Source: Phallusia mammillata
Lineage: Eukaryota
Reading direction: 5' to 3'
Length of the DNA stretch: 64,000 nucleotides
Assembly: GCA_965637545.1 (NCBI GenBank)
Contig: OZ281498.1
Coordinates: 20,708,001 to 20,772,000, forward strand
Shown: one piece after another, positions 10,501-22,695 of the stretch
How the letters are laid out: every line of letters begins with the position of its first letter
Numbering within the stretch: position 1 is the first letter of the stretch
Position numbers and translations under genes: made by a program
The notes under the pieces: model-generated
Told to the model about the DNA's origin: nothing
The model's database searches: none
The model's input: only the letters and a program-made list of their open reading frames with translations

Positions 10501-13462
10501 TGACGTCGTAGTTGTCGGCGTCGTCATAGGTGTTGCTGACGTCGTGGGTGCTGGCGTCGTCATAGGTTCTGCTGACGTCATAGGTTCTGCCATCGTCATG
10601 GGTTCTGCTGACGTCGTAGGTTCTGCTGACGTCATGGGTTCGGCTGACGTCATAGGTTCTATTGTCGTCATAAGTGCTTCTGCGGTGGTTGGTTCCATCG
10701 TAGTGGCTGCATCAGTTGCTGGTACCGTGGTATTTGTTGGGTCTACCGCAACAGAAGTGGTGGTTGCTGGTTCTGAAGTGGTATCTGACTGGTTTGCGGC
10801 GGTAGTTGGTGTTTCTATTGTTGTTGCCACTGTCGCATTAACAGCTAAGACGCAAAAACAAGGTTTGGTTTGGATAACTATGTACGGATCTGTGCATAAG
10901 TTTAATGATACATGGTAACTGATGTGGCCCTTTATATCACTGATTATGCTGGCATGAGCATTTGCTAAATCGTTTGAACAATAAAGCATGTCGGTTTTTA
11001 CGTCTATTTACGTCTAACCGTTATTTTTGCCATTAAGGTTTGATTTGGTTTTGAAATTGAGCTGCTAAAAAAAACGAAAAAAATACTGTTTCAGATTATA
11101 TCTGGCTTTATTTTGACGTAGCTATTTTTAAACCAAAAACTTTGTTTTCATGAAGTGTGTTGCATTTTGTTAGCATTATTTAATCATTTGTACTTTTGTG
11201 AACATGCGCTACAGTCTGTTTCACCAGATAAGCGCATATTTACCTGTTGTTGTTGCGGCGGCTGTTGTATTTGTGCTGGATGTGGCATTTGTCGTTGTCT
11301 CGTTACCTTAAAAAAACGATAAGCAAAATCAACCGTTGTACACAGTAGTTTCACAGAATATGTATCGCACCAAATGCTTATGGCATCCTCAGTCCCTGTG
11401 AGCGAATACAACACACATATGAAACGAACGCTTCTAGAAACTTTTTACTTTCTCGGTCAAGATTTTGCCAGCGTTCGACGAAATTGTTTTCCCACAACAC
11501 ACGTGTTAATTGATGCGTAACGGCGGGTCTAAGTTCCACATGAATAACTACTGTTTCGAATAATTACTTGCCACGAAAACTCGAGTCGTCTGTCATGTTC
11601 CAAGATCGTGTTAAAGTGGCTTTTTGGCTCGGTTACGGTGTGTCCTAATAGTCACACAGAAGAACGGCTATTGTTTTAGTTAAACAAAACGAAAGTTATA
11701 TTCCCCACCTTTATGAGCTAATGACACACTGTTAAAATACGCTTTAAATTATTACACAAAATTTGCTAACATACTCGACTGATCGTTTAATCAATGTAAT
11801 AAAGTAGCTTACGCATCAAAACGTTGTATACTATTTCACACAAATAATCGAATTTCACTTCAAACGTGTATATCTCCCGGCCCTATGATTTTGCGATAAC
11901 AAAACGCACAGCAAGGCACCTATATGCAGGTTTCAAAAATTATGCGTTAGTCAAAATAATGAAGCAACATTATCAATCGAATTTGGAGGCTTGATTTTAA
12001 ACTTTAACTTTTGCCTTCGAAGTAAACCCCAAAATGCATGGCATATTCAATAAGCGAAGCCCTAAAAAATGTACATCAAAAACCCTCAATTCCGTGTTTT
12101 ATTAACTAAAGTTCATCGGTAATGTTTTTATTAGATTTTGTTGCATAATTTGCTGCAGCTAAAAGTTAAAAAATCAGTTGTTGTTCCTATCCTGTTTCAC
12201 TTATTGTTTTTTAATGTTGTTATTCATCTTTTGCTTTGCCCGAATTTAAGGTTTTAAAAGAGACATATTAAGAGTTTATTTGAAATGCATTGGTGCGGAT
12301 CAAAGCCGATGTTGTAGTCAATACACAACCCATCAACAGCATGCAATTAACACAGGAACCATGAAGTGTTTAAGTGCCCCTTCAAAATCTTTCGGTTCGT
12401 GGCATTAAACCAACACTGACACAAAATAAAAACCAATGCTAGCTGCTCCAAAATGCTTTTACACGTCCTTTCTAGAACCTTTCTCACTGGGTTCGTTATT
12501 TCAAACATGCGGGTGCGTCTGTAAAAAGGGCGTTTCCATTTATTGATAGAAGTCCAACTCTGATTTTGGAACCGTAATGACCTAAGGGCGTTACTCCGGA
12601 ATTCGTGAAAACGTGACGCTAAATTTGGTTCCGGCGCCGATGTAGGGATAGGGCAGTCCAAATATAATCGTTTGATGTTTATCTAAGGATCACCGTCTCC
12701 ACTTACACCCATCTTTTGGGGTTTGATCACACTCTGGTCGCTAAGTTTGCGTCTTCGTAAACTTCGTTTCACTAATGGGTCATTTGTGTGTTTTAGCATG
12801 GAAATAAGTGTTTAAACATAATTCACTGGTCAAGCAGAGTTATCGACCAAATCAAGTCATGTCTGTTGATGGTTGGTAACAGAGTTTTGTCACTCACAAC
12901 TAAAATAGGTTGCAAAATATGTAGAATACCCGATTATGGAACCTTTCACCAGAAAAGAGGGGTGTCATACTGTCATGGGTTAATTATAAACGCGTCCAGG
13001 CCAACCTTGTGCGGTAAAAAGGCGAACTTGCTTGTTGTTGGTGTAAAATCGGTTTGCAAAAAAGATTTATGTTTTGTTTATTTACCTATTAACACCGGAA
13101 CACATATCCCGTTTACGCGTTGTTACTTGTCCTAAAGATAATCAACAATATGGTATAAATACAAGATCTTACATTGAAAATGTTACGGCAACAGCTAGTA
13201 CCGTCATTCGAAAACAAATGTATGAAATAAAATACGTAATTTTGTTTACAATTTAGGCCAGCGTATACTTCACAACTTATCATGTACTTCGATTGTGTGT
13301 ATCAATCAAACCTTTTGAAATCTCACTTTGATAATTTCCAGACAAACGTGATGATAGACACAAAAATAACACTCAGTTTATCCACTTACCCTGGGCTCGA
13401 ACAGCTGAAAACAGGCACAAAGCCATGAGACAAATCCAGCAAATCCTAATCGGTAGTTCCAT
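7040..13462 (-). CDS. Type I transmembrane mucin-like glycoprotein, ~598 aa, 7 coding exons
   Basis: complement(join(7040-7567,7985-8095,8695-9093,9429-9539,10333-10844,11244-11306,13390-13462)). All junctions GT-AG and phase-consistent; 1797 nt. Signal peptide MELPIRICWICLMALCLFSAVRA, Thr/Pro-rich region, two ~137-aa repeats, TM IGLIVGCVVGGLVLLAIIAAVAYYLY, basic stop-transfer SRSKK, ~45-aa cytoplasmic tail. Many N-x-S/T sites. Extra phase-1 exons between 11306 and 13390 cannot be excluded. Confidence 0.85.
7985..8095 (-). CDS. Mucin-like gene exon 6
   Basis: 111 nt, phase 0-0, AVREALKQSASNNNVNAAELFDGVEQFVKNQTIELVN; donor GTGAGT. Confidence 0.85.
8199..8390. mobile_element. ~160-bp insertion with a perfect 38-bp hairpin, flanked by 16-bp direct repeats; same family as 54865-55288
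   Basis: Arms 8213-8250 and 8265-8302 are exact reverse complements (14-nt loop); catctatgtggactaa at 8199-8214 and 8375-8390; arm and tail sequence clearly homologous to 54865-54917 and 55163-55283. Confidence 0.75.
8695..9093 (-). CDS. Mucin-like gene exon 5
   Basis: 399 nt, phase 0-0, MFASSTSGEILG...SCTKLLAAGGSNENC...VSSIIE; paralogous to the start of exon 7. Confidence 0.9.
9429..9539 (-). CDS. Mucin-like gene exon 4
   Basis: 111 nt, phase 0-0, EVETAFSRSNTNSNVNTTLFFDGVLQYVMNQTEQVIE; paralogous to exon 6. Confidence 0.85.
9916..10121. mobile_element. Degenerate MITE-like element
   Basis: catcagtgcagctggtgac at 9916 versus gtcaacagctgcactgatg ending 10121 (inverted); a similar left end cagtgtagctggtgacaag recurs at ~34260. 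No TSD found. Confidence 0.45.
10333..10844 (-). CDS. Mucin-like gene exon 3 (Thr/Pro-rich PTS region)
   Basis: 512 nt, phase 1-0, within ORF 10294-10989; ends PAPLMVSSIIT. Confidence 0.9.
10490..10677 (-). repeat. Coding 18-bp minisatellite (EPMTSA-type hexapeptide, ~9-10 units)
   Basis: Units such as GAACCTATGACGTCAGCA giving EPMTSA EPMTSA EPTTSA EPMTMA EPMTSA EPMTTP APTTSA TPMTTP. Confidence 0.9.
11244..11306 (-). CDS. Mucin-like gene exon 2
   Basis: 63 nt, phase 1-1, GNETTTNATSSTNTTAAATTT; ttttttaAG acceptor, GTAAAT donor. Confidence 0.75.
13390..13462 (-). CDS. Mucin-like gene exon 1 (signal peptide)
   Basis: ATG at 13462; MELPIRICWICLMALCLFSAVRAQ + G, donor GTAAGT, phase 1. Confidence 0.75.
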
Positions 13463-16400
13463 AATCTTTCACGGGCTCCCACAATGGCGCTTGTTACATG
13501 CACGACTTGGTACCCAGTTGTGACTCCAAAATAACTACCGACGATTTGAAGTGAACAAAATCGTTTAACGTTGTTTCAGCTATTGAAGCTGTTTCTTAAT
13601 ACTGATGTTAAACCTAAGCATAGCAAGACACAATATATTTTATATGTACGAAGGCACAACATAGAAAGATTACGCGTTTCTTTGAAAAAAAACTACGGCT
13701 CTTATGATACCATGAGCACAATCACAAAATTTAGGAGGTAAATCTTTGGTTCTTTCGCACTAAAGAAATTTTTTGGACAGAACACGTATAATTCATAAAC
13801 TACATAACTACGTTTCATTGGTTGACCAAGCGTCTTAGGCCTCAACTAAATCATCAATGCAAAACAAAACGCAAGGCGACGCAATAACTAAAACGCAACG
13901 ACGTTTCGACATCGAGACTGCCATAATCGTGTTATTTTAAAGCAGTGAAAGTGACAGTAAAACTCTATTATTTACTGTTGCGAATAACAATCGTAATGAC
14001 GAAACCGTCGACGTGGTTCGTTCCATTGCATTGACTTGTGTTTCGCAATTTTACAGACCGTGAACTGTGTAGCTTCCGTCCATTTAGAACTGTTTTAGGA
14101 ACATTGACATGCATACACTCAACCATAAACATACAGGTGTTGTTTGCGCAAAATAATAGATAGTTTGTCATTAAAGGCTGTGTCATTAAGCATTAGTATT
14201 CTAATACTCTTCGCAACCTGTTTTCAAAATACTCTTTCTGCGTCTAAGCAACAGGCTTCTACGTGTAAATCGGTGACCATATAACGAAACTGCATCATTT
14301 TGTATGCAGAAACTTTCTTTGAAAAAAACTTATGTATGTGTTTGTAAGTCTTTAATGGCACGTTTACCTCATAATTTAGCCTATACCCTTCAGTTTTTTG
14401 TTTTCTTTTGTACAAGTTTTAGAAACATTTACTTCAGCTGTGTCTCTCTATGAATAACTTCATGACTTTGCACGCTCCACAACAACAAGCATAACCGACA
14501 GTTAGATTTGCCTTTTTCCTGCACTCAGGCTTCACTTCTGCAAACCGTAGGCTATTCGAAGCGTGAAACCCCGTTAATGCCCCCGCAACTGCAGTGTTGA
14601 CATACCCGTTTCCATGACAAATTTCACGTCGACAAGGTGCGGCGCGGCGGTTTTGTTCTTGCAACATGGGCCAAAAGGGGTAAAAGTAGTAAAATAGCGT
14701 ATCAGGGGCCACAGTGGGGGTTACTCGTTTTTAAAATGCCGGAGAAAACGTGATACCTCTGTATTTTGTATACACATGTAAAAGAATGACAATATTGTAA
14801 CTTTACTGTATATTCCACAGATTTTGTGTTGTTTTTTATATCAGACCTAAATATGTGTTTACGAAATTTACTAAAATCTTAACAGGGTGACACATATGAT
14901 TAACATGTACTAGGTTCAAGTGGTATATGACCGATACAAATCTCTCTCGATTTCAACAGCTTCGTGTTCTTAATTTGAGTCAAAAGCACAGTAGAAGATA
15001 GACAGATCCTGTAAAGTGTAAACTCATTTGTATTTACCGAATTCTTGGATGAGTGAGATATTTTTACCCCTCAAATTAACTCCGTAGCGGCTTAAATAAT
15101 CTCTATTTTAGCTGTTTGTTTTTTCTAAAATACTCTAGTGGTTTTTTAAGTACAAGGACACACAAAAAAGTGTTTAGCGAACTGTTTAGCGGCAAAGGTT
15201 GTATCTGGGCGGGCTGCAAGTTGGTTATTATGCGCGGGCGCTCTTGTGTGACGACATAATCGACAGGGCGTGTTTTCATTCATTTAATCGCGGCGAATTT
15301 TTTGTCCTACTTACTTCGGTACGTGGGTGTGAACAGATTTCCCAACCTTTGCGTGTCAAGGAGATCATAATTATATCACAATGATTCCTAGATCATAATT
15401 ATATCTTTTCAATGTAGTTAGAAATTGTTTACAGGAGTAGTTTTCTACATATGCACTCCTGATGCAATTAAATGATACGAAGCCTTGATTGAGGTGCCAA
15501 AATACGTCTAAATACGGTCTTATGTTTAGAATCGATAATGATAGTCTATTTTTATTGTCTATCCTTAAACCAAAACAACTTGTGATAATGCAAGCACAAC
15601 TAATATAAAGGGCAATCATTACAGCAAATCAAATGACTGGGCGGATCGAGCATAAAATCTTAAAGTATTCTGTTTTTACTACCGTAATAGCGGAAACCTA
15701 GCTTCGTTCAGAGCTAAATGCTCGGAGTGACTTTGTGATGTCATGTTATCTCAAAACGACGCCTCATTGGGGTCTCTGACCTACGCTGTATGTTCAAAAC
15801 CATTTGACACATTACAACTAAGTCAAGTTTTAATGACTGGTGAAGTCTCAACTTGTGTACAAACCTGCGATGATATAACTTACCTACAATCTCAAACTGG
15901 ATTTCTGTTACCTCACGACTAATGACATGTAACTCATTAAACCCAAGCCCCAAATACAGCGTAACTTCCTTATACCACCTCAGCAATTTGCAGTCTCTAA
16001 GTCTAATCAAAGTTGTTTAAATCTTGACCTGCCTTGAAAATACTGAAAACTGAATCTGCTTTTTCTGGCATTACAAACTTTGGACAAAGTAAGCTTTACC
16101 CATAGGGGTCCAATTAGTCTTGTATATATCCCTCTTTAAAGGGTAAAATGGGTGAAGCGACTGTTGGCTACCGGTGGGGCGAATCGGACGCTCACAACGC
16201 AATCGGACCGAAACGGGGTCTGTGTGGTTTTCCTGTTAGTCACGTGTTGATATACGTGGATGTGACGAAGAAAATGTTTTTGGAAAGACTCGAAACATAT
16301 ACTTGCTAGCATTATAAACTTTTCGACATCCTGTTTTAATCAAGGCATTGAAACGCGCCCAGGTTAGTGTGAGTGATGTGCGTCTCATTTGGACTTTGTA

Positions 16401-16894
16401 CAACTTATCTTCTATTAAGTAAATAATGATTTTGCGAAATTAGTCAAGAAAATCAATCTTTTTTTCTGAGGTAACTCGTCCCAGATTAGGGAATTCATAA
16501 ACTCTTCAAAACAGTGCGCAACTTTCACGTTTCAAGCATAAATCGAGTTTACGCGATGTAGCATGGAATTGCAGCACGGACCCCAACGGGACAACGAAAC
16601 CCACTTTAATAATCACTGCCAGTTTAAACGTATGGCAACCTCGTCGAATTACTGTATGGTTTCCTAAACACGGTTATTATTTAAATTTATGTTTATAATC
16701 AATGTGATTGCACCTTATGCTTAAGAAAATACACCCAAGATGGGATTAGAACTGTAAACCTTACATACGGAATGCGTTTGCATCGATAAACAATAATTCT
16801 GCTTTTTTATCAAAAACGTTGAAACCAAACAGTAAGAACCGAATTAGGCAAGTTTTATTGCGAAACAGATCAATAGTATTGCAGTACAATATCA

Positions 16895-17341
16895 CTAAGA
16901 AAAATTCACAGTGTGGTTGGTGCGAAGTAATGGCATTAAATGGCAAATCTCAGTTCGCGAAGACGTCCGCTTTCGTTTTGCTTTTCGCTTTCGCGTCGGC
17001 ACCGGGCAGTCGAGCGTATCCGTCAATGACGTCACAGACGCGTGACACGCATGGCTGACCACGCCGCTCGGATAATTGCAAAGCGAAGAAGCGTTTATGG
17101 TCCCTTCGTCCAGCGCTAACAGCGCGGTTGCATCTTGTTTTCCGTGGAAAATTCCAGAATGTTTTGCTTGTTTCTTGTCACGTGATCTGGCCTGCTGTTG
17201 CCTGCAGCTGGTTTGGGCTTTTTCGCGTCGCCTCAGTGATTTTTCTAGAAGCTTTTCGGCTTGTTTACTGTAGAACTCTAAATCGTCCAAATCGCTTTCC
17301 TTCAGTCGGTATTCTTCGCGTTTTTGACGACGTCGGTTCAT
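16895..17341 (-). CDS. Orphan basic ORF, 148 aa, unknown function
   Basis: True ATG at 17341 with an in-frame stop 12 nt upstream, just after a ttgtttgcAG acceptor; GC-richer than flanks; Lys/Arg clusters (RRRQKR, RKRKAKRKR); AATAAA ~45 nt after the stop. No family recognised. Confidence 0.45.
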   Translation of the reverse strand: MNRRRQKREEYRLKESDLDDLEFYSKQAEKLLEKSLRRREKAQTSCRQQQARSRDKKQAKHSGIFHGKQDATALLALDEGTINASSLCNYPSGVVSHACHASVTSLTDTLDCPVPTRKRKAKRKRTSSRTEICHLMPLLRTNHTVNFS

Positions 17342-20208
17342 CCTTTCAGTTTACTGCAAACAACCACAAATTGCTATAAATTATAAAAGGCAACGAATCG
17401 TAGTGCGAAGTATAAATTACAGGAAAAAACAAAAAATAAAGGCAGACTAAAGGCTTAAAAAGTTGAAAAATACGTATTGATTGAATTGTTATGACTGTAC
17501 CATTCTGTTACGTTTGTTGTTATGGTTGAATGGTACGGTGACCATGGCAAAGGGATTAGGCATAAAATATCGGAAATGCATGGACAGCGAACATCACTTA
17601 AGTCAGCGCAGTAAAGTATATTTCGCTTTTTTTTCATCAAACAGTTTGTCATCAATGCCCACACAGTGATAATTAAACTATCAAACCCAGACTCGTCTTC
17701 AATAATTTAGTTTTTTAAGAACAAATCCTTGGCGGGTCGGGGGTTTGATTTTTAATAAAAAGTAAAACTATACAAAAGGCTAACCATGCTTGGGTATCGG
17801 GTGTCAGGCTGAACGTGTCAACACCTTTAAACGTCTGGACACGAAGCTTGGTCCCGTTTGTTTGTTTAAAATGCCAAGCCCCGGCAAAAAAATAAACATT
17901 CACTAAAAACGTCAGTTTTGACATTTTCTGTAAAAATTGTTTTATGAACGTGCTTTTCACACATTTTAAATGCTGTGATTTGTTGTTAACGTCACTCACT
18001 GAACCTCGAGTCGAAATAGTTTTTAATTTAGTTTTGAGCTATTTAGTTTCCAAGCACTCATGCCCTGGTTCTTGACGTTGTTATTCAGAAACGTCTTTGA
18101 ACATTCCTGGTTTCCATAAATACAACTCAAGTTTTCAAATGCTTGCTCATCAAAAATTCCCCACACGAATTTTTGAACTCCCTACTTTGTCAAGCTAACT
18201 TAAATCAATCTACGCTTATATAGGCCTATAATAAACTAAATATCTTATAATTTTGTTCTCCTTTAACTGTGGTTATCTCTGTTTTTTTAGTGTGTTTTAG
18301 TAACGAGCCAAGTCGATATAGTCCACTGCATGTGCAAACATGTTGCGATTCAATATTATGTTGTTCACAAACACTTTCTCAGGAAGTTCAAAAACAGATT
18401 CAACAATTTTGTGCCAAGTAAACTGTAGCAAAATGTATTATCAGTTTGAGCCCTCCTGAATATACTCGTTTGTCAAGTAATTAACTATACCTAAATTCAC
18501 AATAATTTCAATCTTTATTGTTGAACAACATAACGTACCTTTTAACAAATAAAGTTATAGCAGATGTCCAAAATTTAACACGATACAGAATTCCAAACCC
18601 AGTTCTTTGTATCAACTAAAGCAAGCCTCCGCCAAATTAGAGTCTTACTTTTTAAAAAAACGATTCAAACCATTTATATACTCGCCCAAATCATGTCATC
18701 ACAACAAACGTTATATGTTATTGTGTAGTTTTTAAATTGCGCGCTTCAAAGGCCATAAGTGTGCTTCAAATCAAAAACCATCGAGTACTTGTTTAAAAAA
18801 TACGGCACACGACTTGATGACGCAGACTGCCTGTGGCTGTTGCTATGGTAATGCGTTGTTGTCGTTGCTAGTGGTAACACAAGGGTTTGGCTGGGCAATG
18901 GGTCGTGCAATTCCGGAGAGGTTCAGTGTTGGGTGGTTTAGGAATTGTTTGTTGTTTGGATCGTGTAACATGGGGATGGGCGCCTGTGTTGGGGGCAAAA
19001 CAGTTTACCAGTGGTTCTTAGAACTATTATAGTCAAACCATATTTAAACCTCAAATTGGAACAGAAGACAAAAACAATTCACAAGTTATCAAAAGTAACA
19101 CCAACATGGAGCAAAGACAAACTATGACAACACATCAAATGAATTTAATCATAAAATTACTGCCAAAGAACTGGTGTATAAAGAATACATCGTGCAGACG
19201 TTTCAACAATCTATGTTGTCATCATCAGTGCAGAGGTGAAAAAAGGGACTTTTGGGGGGTAAACTTGGGTTGACATTTACCTTTAATATTTTTTTTGCCA
19301 TGAAACGTTTGTAAATCTTTCAGAGGGATAATGAGTGACGAACAAATATGAAATCTGTGATTGATGGGAATTTGAGCTGGTATTTGCGCTGCGTAAACTC
19401 ATTGCGTTAAAACATTTTTTGAGGTCCTAATTATGTTTCCATGTTTTACGGTTACGGTTTTTACGGAGAATTACACAACCGAGGAATGTTTACTCCAAGC
19501 CCTTGTGCAGTAGGAGCTTTGTGTAAATTCTTTGCAATGTTAGCAGGGCATATAATAGTATTGACTTTCAGGTTAACCAGTGTACGACAACTAACAAAAG
19601 GAATCAAAAGATCATTAAAAATACTAATCTCCATGACGTGTTTCTGATCACAGTGTTTTACGCTAAGCATAAAATAGATATCACTGATATACAGTTTAAC
19701 TTGCAGTGACAAATGAAGTAACCGTCTGCGCCATCTTTTTATCACAGATCCAGGTATTCGGCTGATCGGACTGGTGGCTAATATACCAATCCGTTAACTT
19801 TTCGGTTTTAGTTGAAAGAACGTTTTCCCAGATTAAATTTTCATTCTTGTAACGCGTATACTGGTTGGAAAATCTATAGCTGTATTGTATGACAGGATTT
19901 GTTGATTTGACTTTGAATGATAGTTTAATCGGCTTGACATTTAATGCTTGACAAAATTTGTTTAGTTTCTCATTTCAAACTCAGTCTACCGTTAAAAAGT
20001 CGTGCCATCTTTGTACATTCATCCCTGAATGGATTTTGGCAATTGAATTTCAACCAAACATGTTAAAAAAACGAACCAACAAGTGTTGCCGGTTCTAAAC
20101 GTTGGAACTAATAAATCTATAAAAGGGACCGGCGCTACCAAATGGAAACTACTGCTATAGTCTGAGACCTTAAAAAGATTCAAAATTTTGGAATATTTTT
20201 TTTTATTT

Positions 20209-21417
20209 TCAAGTGGGCGGTTGACCATCCAACCGAAAAATATCCTCCCCGACTACAAAATACAAAACGGCTACCACGGCAACCAGACGGGCAGCAATGT
20301 CAGCTAGTGACGTCACGGCTTGCGCCGCCATGCGTGATGTTGAGCTCGCTAGGCTCGTAGAGGAAGATGACGTCACTGCTGACGCGGTTGACGGGGAATG
20401 CTTGATTTTTCCCCACATTTGCGAGAGTACCCCTGTGACCGGAAACTGAAAGAGTGAGTGCGAGGAATTCCTGAAAGTGAATCGATTGATTAAAATTGAT
20501 TAGTATTAAAGTTTAGACTTATCTTTTTTGACCTCAGCAAATACCGTCCATTTTTGGTGTTTTGTTAAATAGCTGACTCTGTGTTACGAGTCAACAGAAA
20601 TTCGTTGTTCAACAGAATGTAAACTTTGGTAATTCCAAAGTCATCCACTATTTATTTTAGATTTGTACATTTCACGTTAGTAATACTAATGTTATTACTG
20701 TAATAGGCACCTTCAGTATCTTATTACATGGAGGATAAAGTCTTATCAAACTTTACAGTCTGCATCTATCACAAGTTTAAAATAAGACAACGATATAAAA
20801 GTGCTTTGTAAGGAAGCGATCATTTTAAAATACAATACATTTTTCGACGGTTAAGACTCCACAGACCGCGCTTGGATTACCTCTCTTCCTTTTCTTCTTG
20901 TTTGTGATGAATATTTTCCAAGTGATGACTGCAGGCACAACATCCGTTTATAAATGGGCAATCGTCTGGAAAATACTCGGTTTTAAAACTTCTAAGAAAA
21001 CGTTTATTTTTAAAGTCAACAATAACACCTACCACTGGGATAAATAACACCTACCACTGGGATAAAAAGTTTAAATTGGACAACAAGGTTTTCGAAAGAT
21101 TAACGTCGACACAGCTTCCAACCTATTTTATATCGACACGAGTTTTCAGTATGCCCCAAATACTATTCCACAACTACTTACGTTGCTTAGACGATTAATA
21201 CTGTTATAGGTTCAAAGCTTTTTTCAATGTATTTTGAGCTGCATAAAGCTGGTTACCTAACCGGCTAAAAACTGATTCTTTTATTCTTATACAGGTTCAA
21301 GAATTTCGTTTGTAGATTTGAAAGTGTTACCTTTCTTTGCATTGTCATGATATCCTCGTCCTTGGTTTATCTTGAAGTATGGAGTGCTACATCTGCTTGC
21401 AGGTGTAAGTATTGTAT
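20209..21417 (-). other. Candidate additional 3' exons of the giant gene (21331-21417, 20881-20965, 20209-20445)
   Basis: Each has a pyrimidine-rich AG acceptor; the first two have GT donors and open frames. Joining to 21642 gives a phase-consistent chain ending ...QPRQQ stop. Not supported by homology. Confidence 0.35.
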
Positions 21418-21627
21418 CTAAAAATCGGAAAACTGTTCATGCATTTCGTGCATAATGTCAAGATGTAGAAGCAACTTGTTAAACATTTTGTAATCTTAAA
21501 AACTTAAACTAATTTTTGAAAGAAATTTTGATATTTTTATTTTTAAAAACAGTCGTGCTTTTAATGTAAGTCTAGACTAAAATCCTAAAAAGCCGAGCAT
21601 CAACGTTTTTTTGAAAAAAATACGGTG

Positions 21628-22695
21628 TCATTGTTTCGCACCTTTGTGATTGTTCCAAGTTTCTTCATTCCTGTAACCTTGACGTGCATTATTCAAGGGC
21701 ATGCCTGTCAAAAAGTTCACCACTGTTTGCGAGTCCCCACCAGAGCCTTCATCCGACAAATGTTTGTTGATGTGATTTCTATGGTGCCGCTCTTCAATTG
21801 TTGGTTTTTCTGCGAACTGCAGCCGAATGTCCGGCGTTTTTGCGTTTCTCCATTTCGGCTTTGAAACGACACGAGCTTCTGGAAACCTTTTGTTGAACGC
21901 CACGTCATGCTGACGTAAATGTGAAGGCGGACACGTCATATTTCGCGCTTTTTTTGCTTGGAACCGTTCTCGGCGTGCTAAAATTGCTGAATCATCAAGA
22001 GATTTTCTTTCTTGTTTAAGGCGGTGCCTCCTTGATCCAGATTGGTTTTGGTGTCTAAAGCGTGAATCAGTATTTTCGAAGCGACCAAGCGGCCTAGAGT
22101 AAACGTCTTTATTGACCTTTGGCCTAATTCCAGGTTCGTGATGCATTGGTTCCAATTTCTGAACATTTTTACGTCGAGATCTGACTCCGATTTCTTGGAC
22201 AGCTTCTGGTTCCACATGGCTTGGAATTTGATCTATGAAGTCGTAAGTGCTGAAACCATGTCTGCGTCGCCCAACTGTGATCATAGTGTCTATTGGGTAT
22301 TTTTGATCGAAATCAGGTTCTTGTGGTGGAAAATCAATCCTTTGCATTTCGTTTTCACTATTACCGTCATCCACTTGTGATGTTAGAAATTCAGCCAACC
22401 GAGGACCAGCGTTTTCCCGCGTTTGGTCACGCCTTGGTATCTCGTCATAATCAGAAGACGATTCCGGGAGATTTCCTCGTTCGACGAAGATTTTGGTTTT
22501 CGGTTTTTCAAACTTTGATGAAGGAGTTGGGCAACTTTTTTCCAAAGCTCGGGTTTTTACTGTCTTGTGATTAGTGCTAGGCACTGCGTAAATGTGATTG
22601 AAAGTTGTTTCTGCTTCGTTAAGGGAAGTTCGATCAGGAGATGTTTTGACCTCCATTATTTGTGTGTTACCTCCTCCAACTGTTGATTGATTTAC
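21628..22695 (-). CDS. Giant gene terminal (or penultimate) exon
   Basis: cttctttttcAG acceptor, phase 0, in frame with the 342-aa ORF, stop TGA at 21630-21628; a possible internal donor at 21641. Confidence 0.75.
   Translation of the reverse strand, partial: VNQSTVGGGNTQIMEVKTSPDRTSLNEAETTFNHIYAVPSTNHKTVKTRALEKSCPTPSSKFEKPKTKIFVERGNLPESSSDYDEIPRRDQTRENAGPRLAEFLTSQVDDGNSENEMQRIDFPPQEPDFDQKYPIDTMITVGRRRHGFSTYDFIDQIPSHVEPEAVQEIGVRSRRKNVQKLEPMHHEPGIRPKVNKDVYSRPLGRFENTDSRFRHQNQSGSRRHRLKQERKSLDDSAILARRERFQAKKARNMTCPPSHLRQHDVAFNKRFPEARVVSKPKWRNAKTPDIRLQFAEKPTIEERHHRNHINKHLSDEGSGGDSQTVVNFLTGMPLNNARQGYRNEETWNNHKGAKQ

Noticed and set aside
10367-10918. 183-aa Val-rich plus-strand ORF
   Set aside because: Antisense shadow of the Thr-rich mucin exon (ACN codons read in reverse).
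18814-19032. 72-aa plus ORF and an open minus-strand frame in a GC-richer patch
   Set aside because: No recognisable domain and no compatible splice sites linking it to neighbouring genes.
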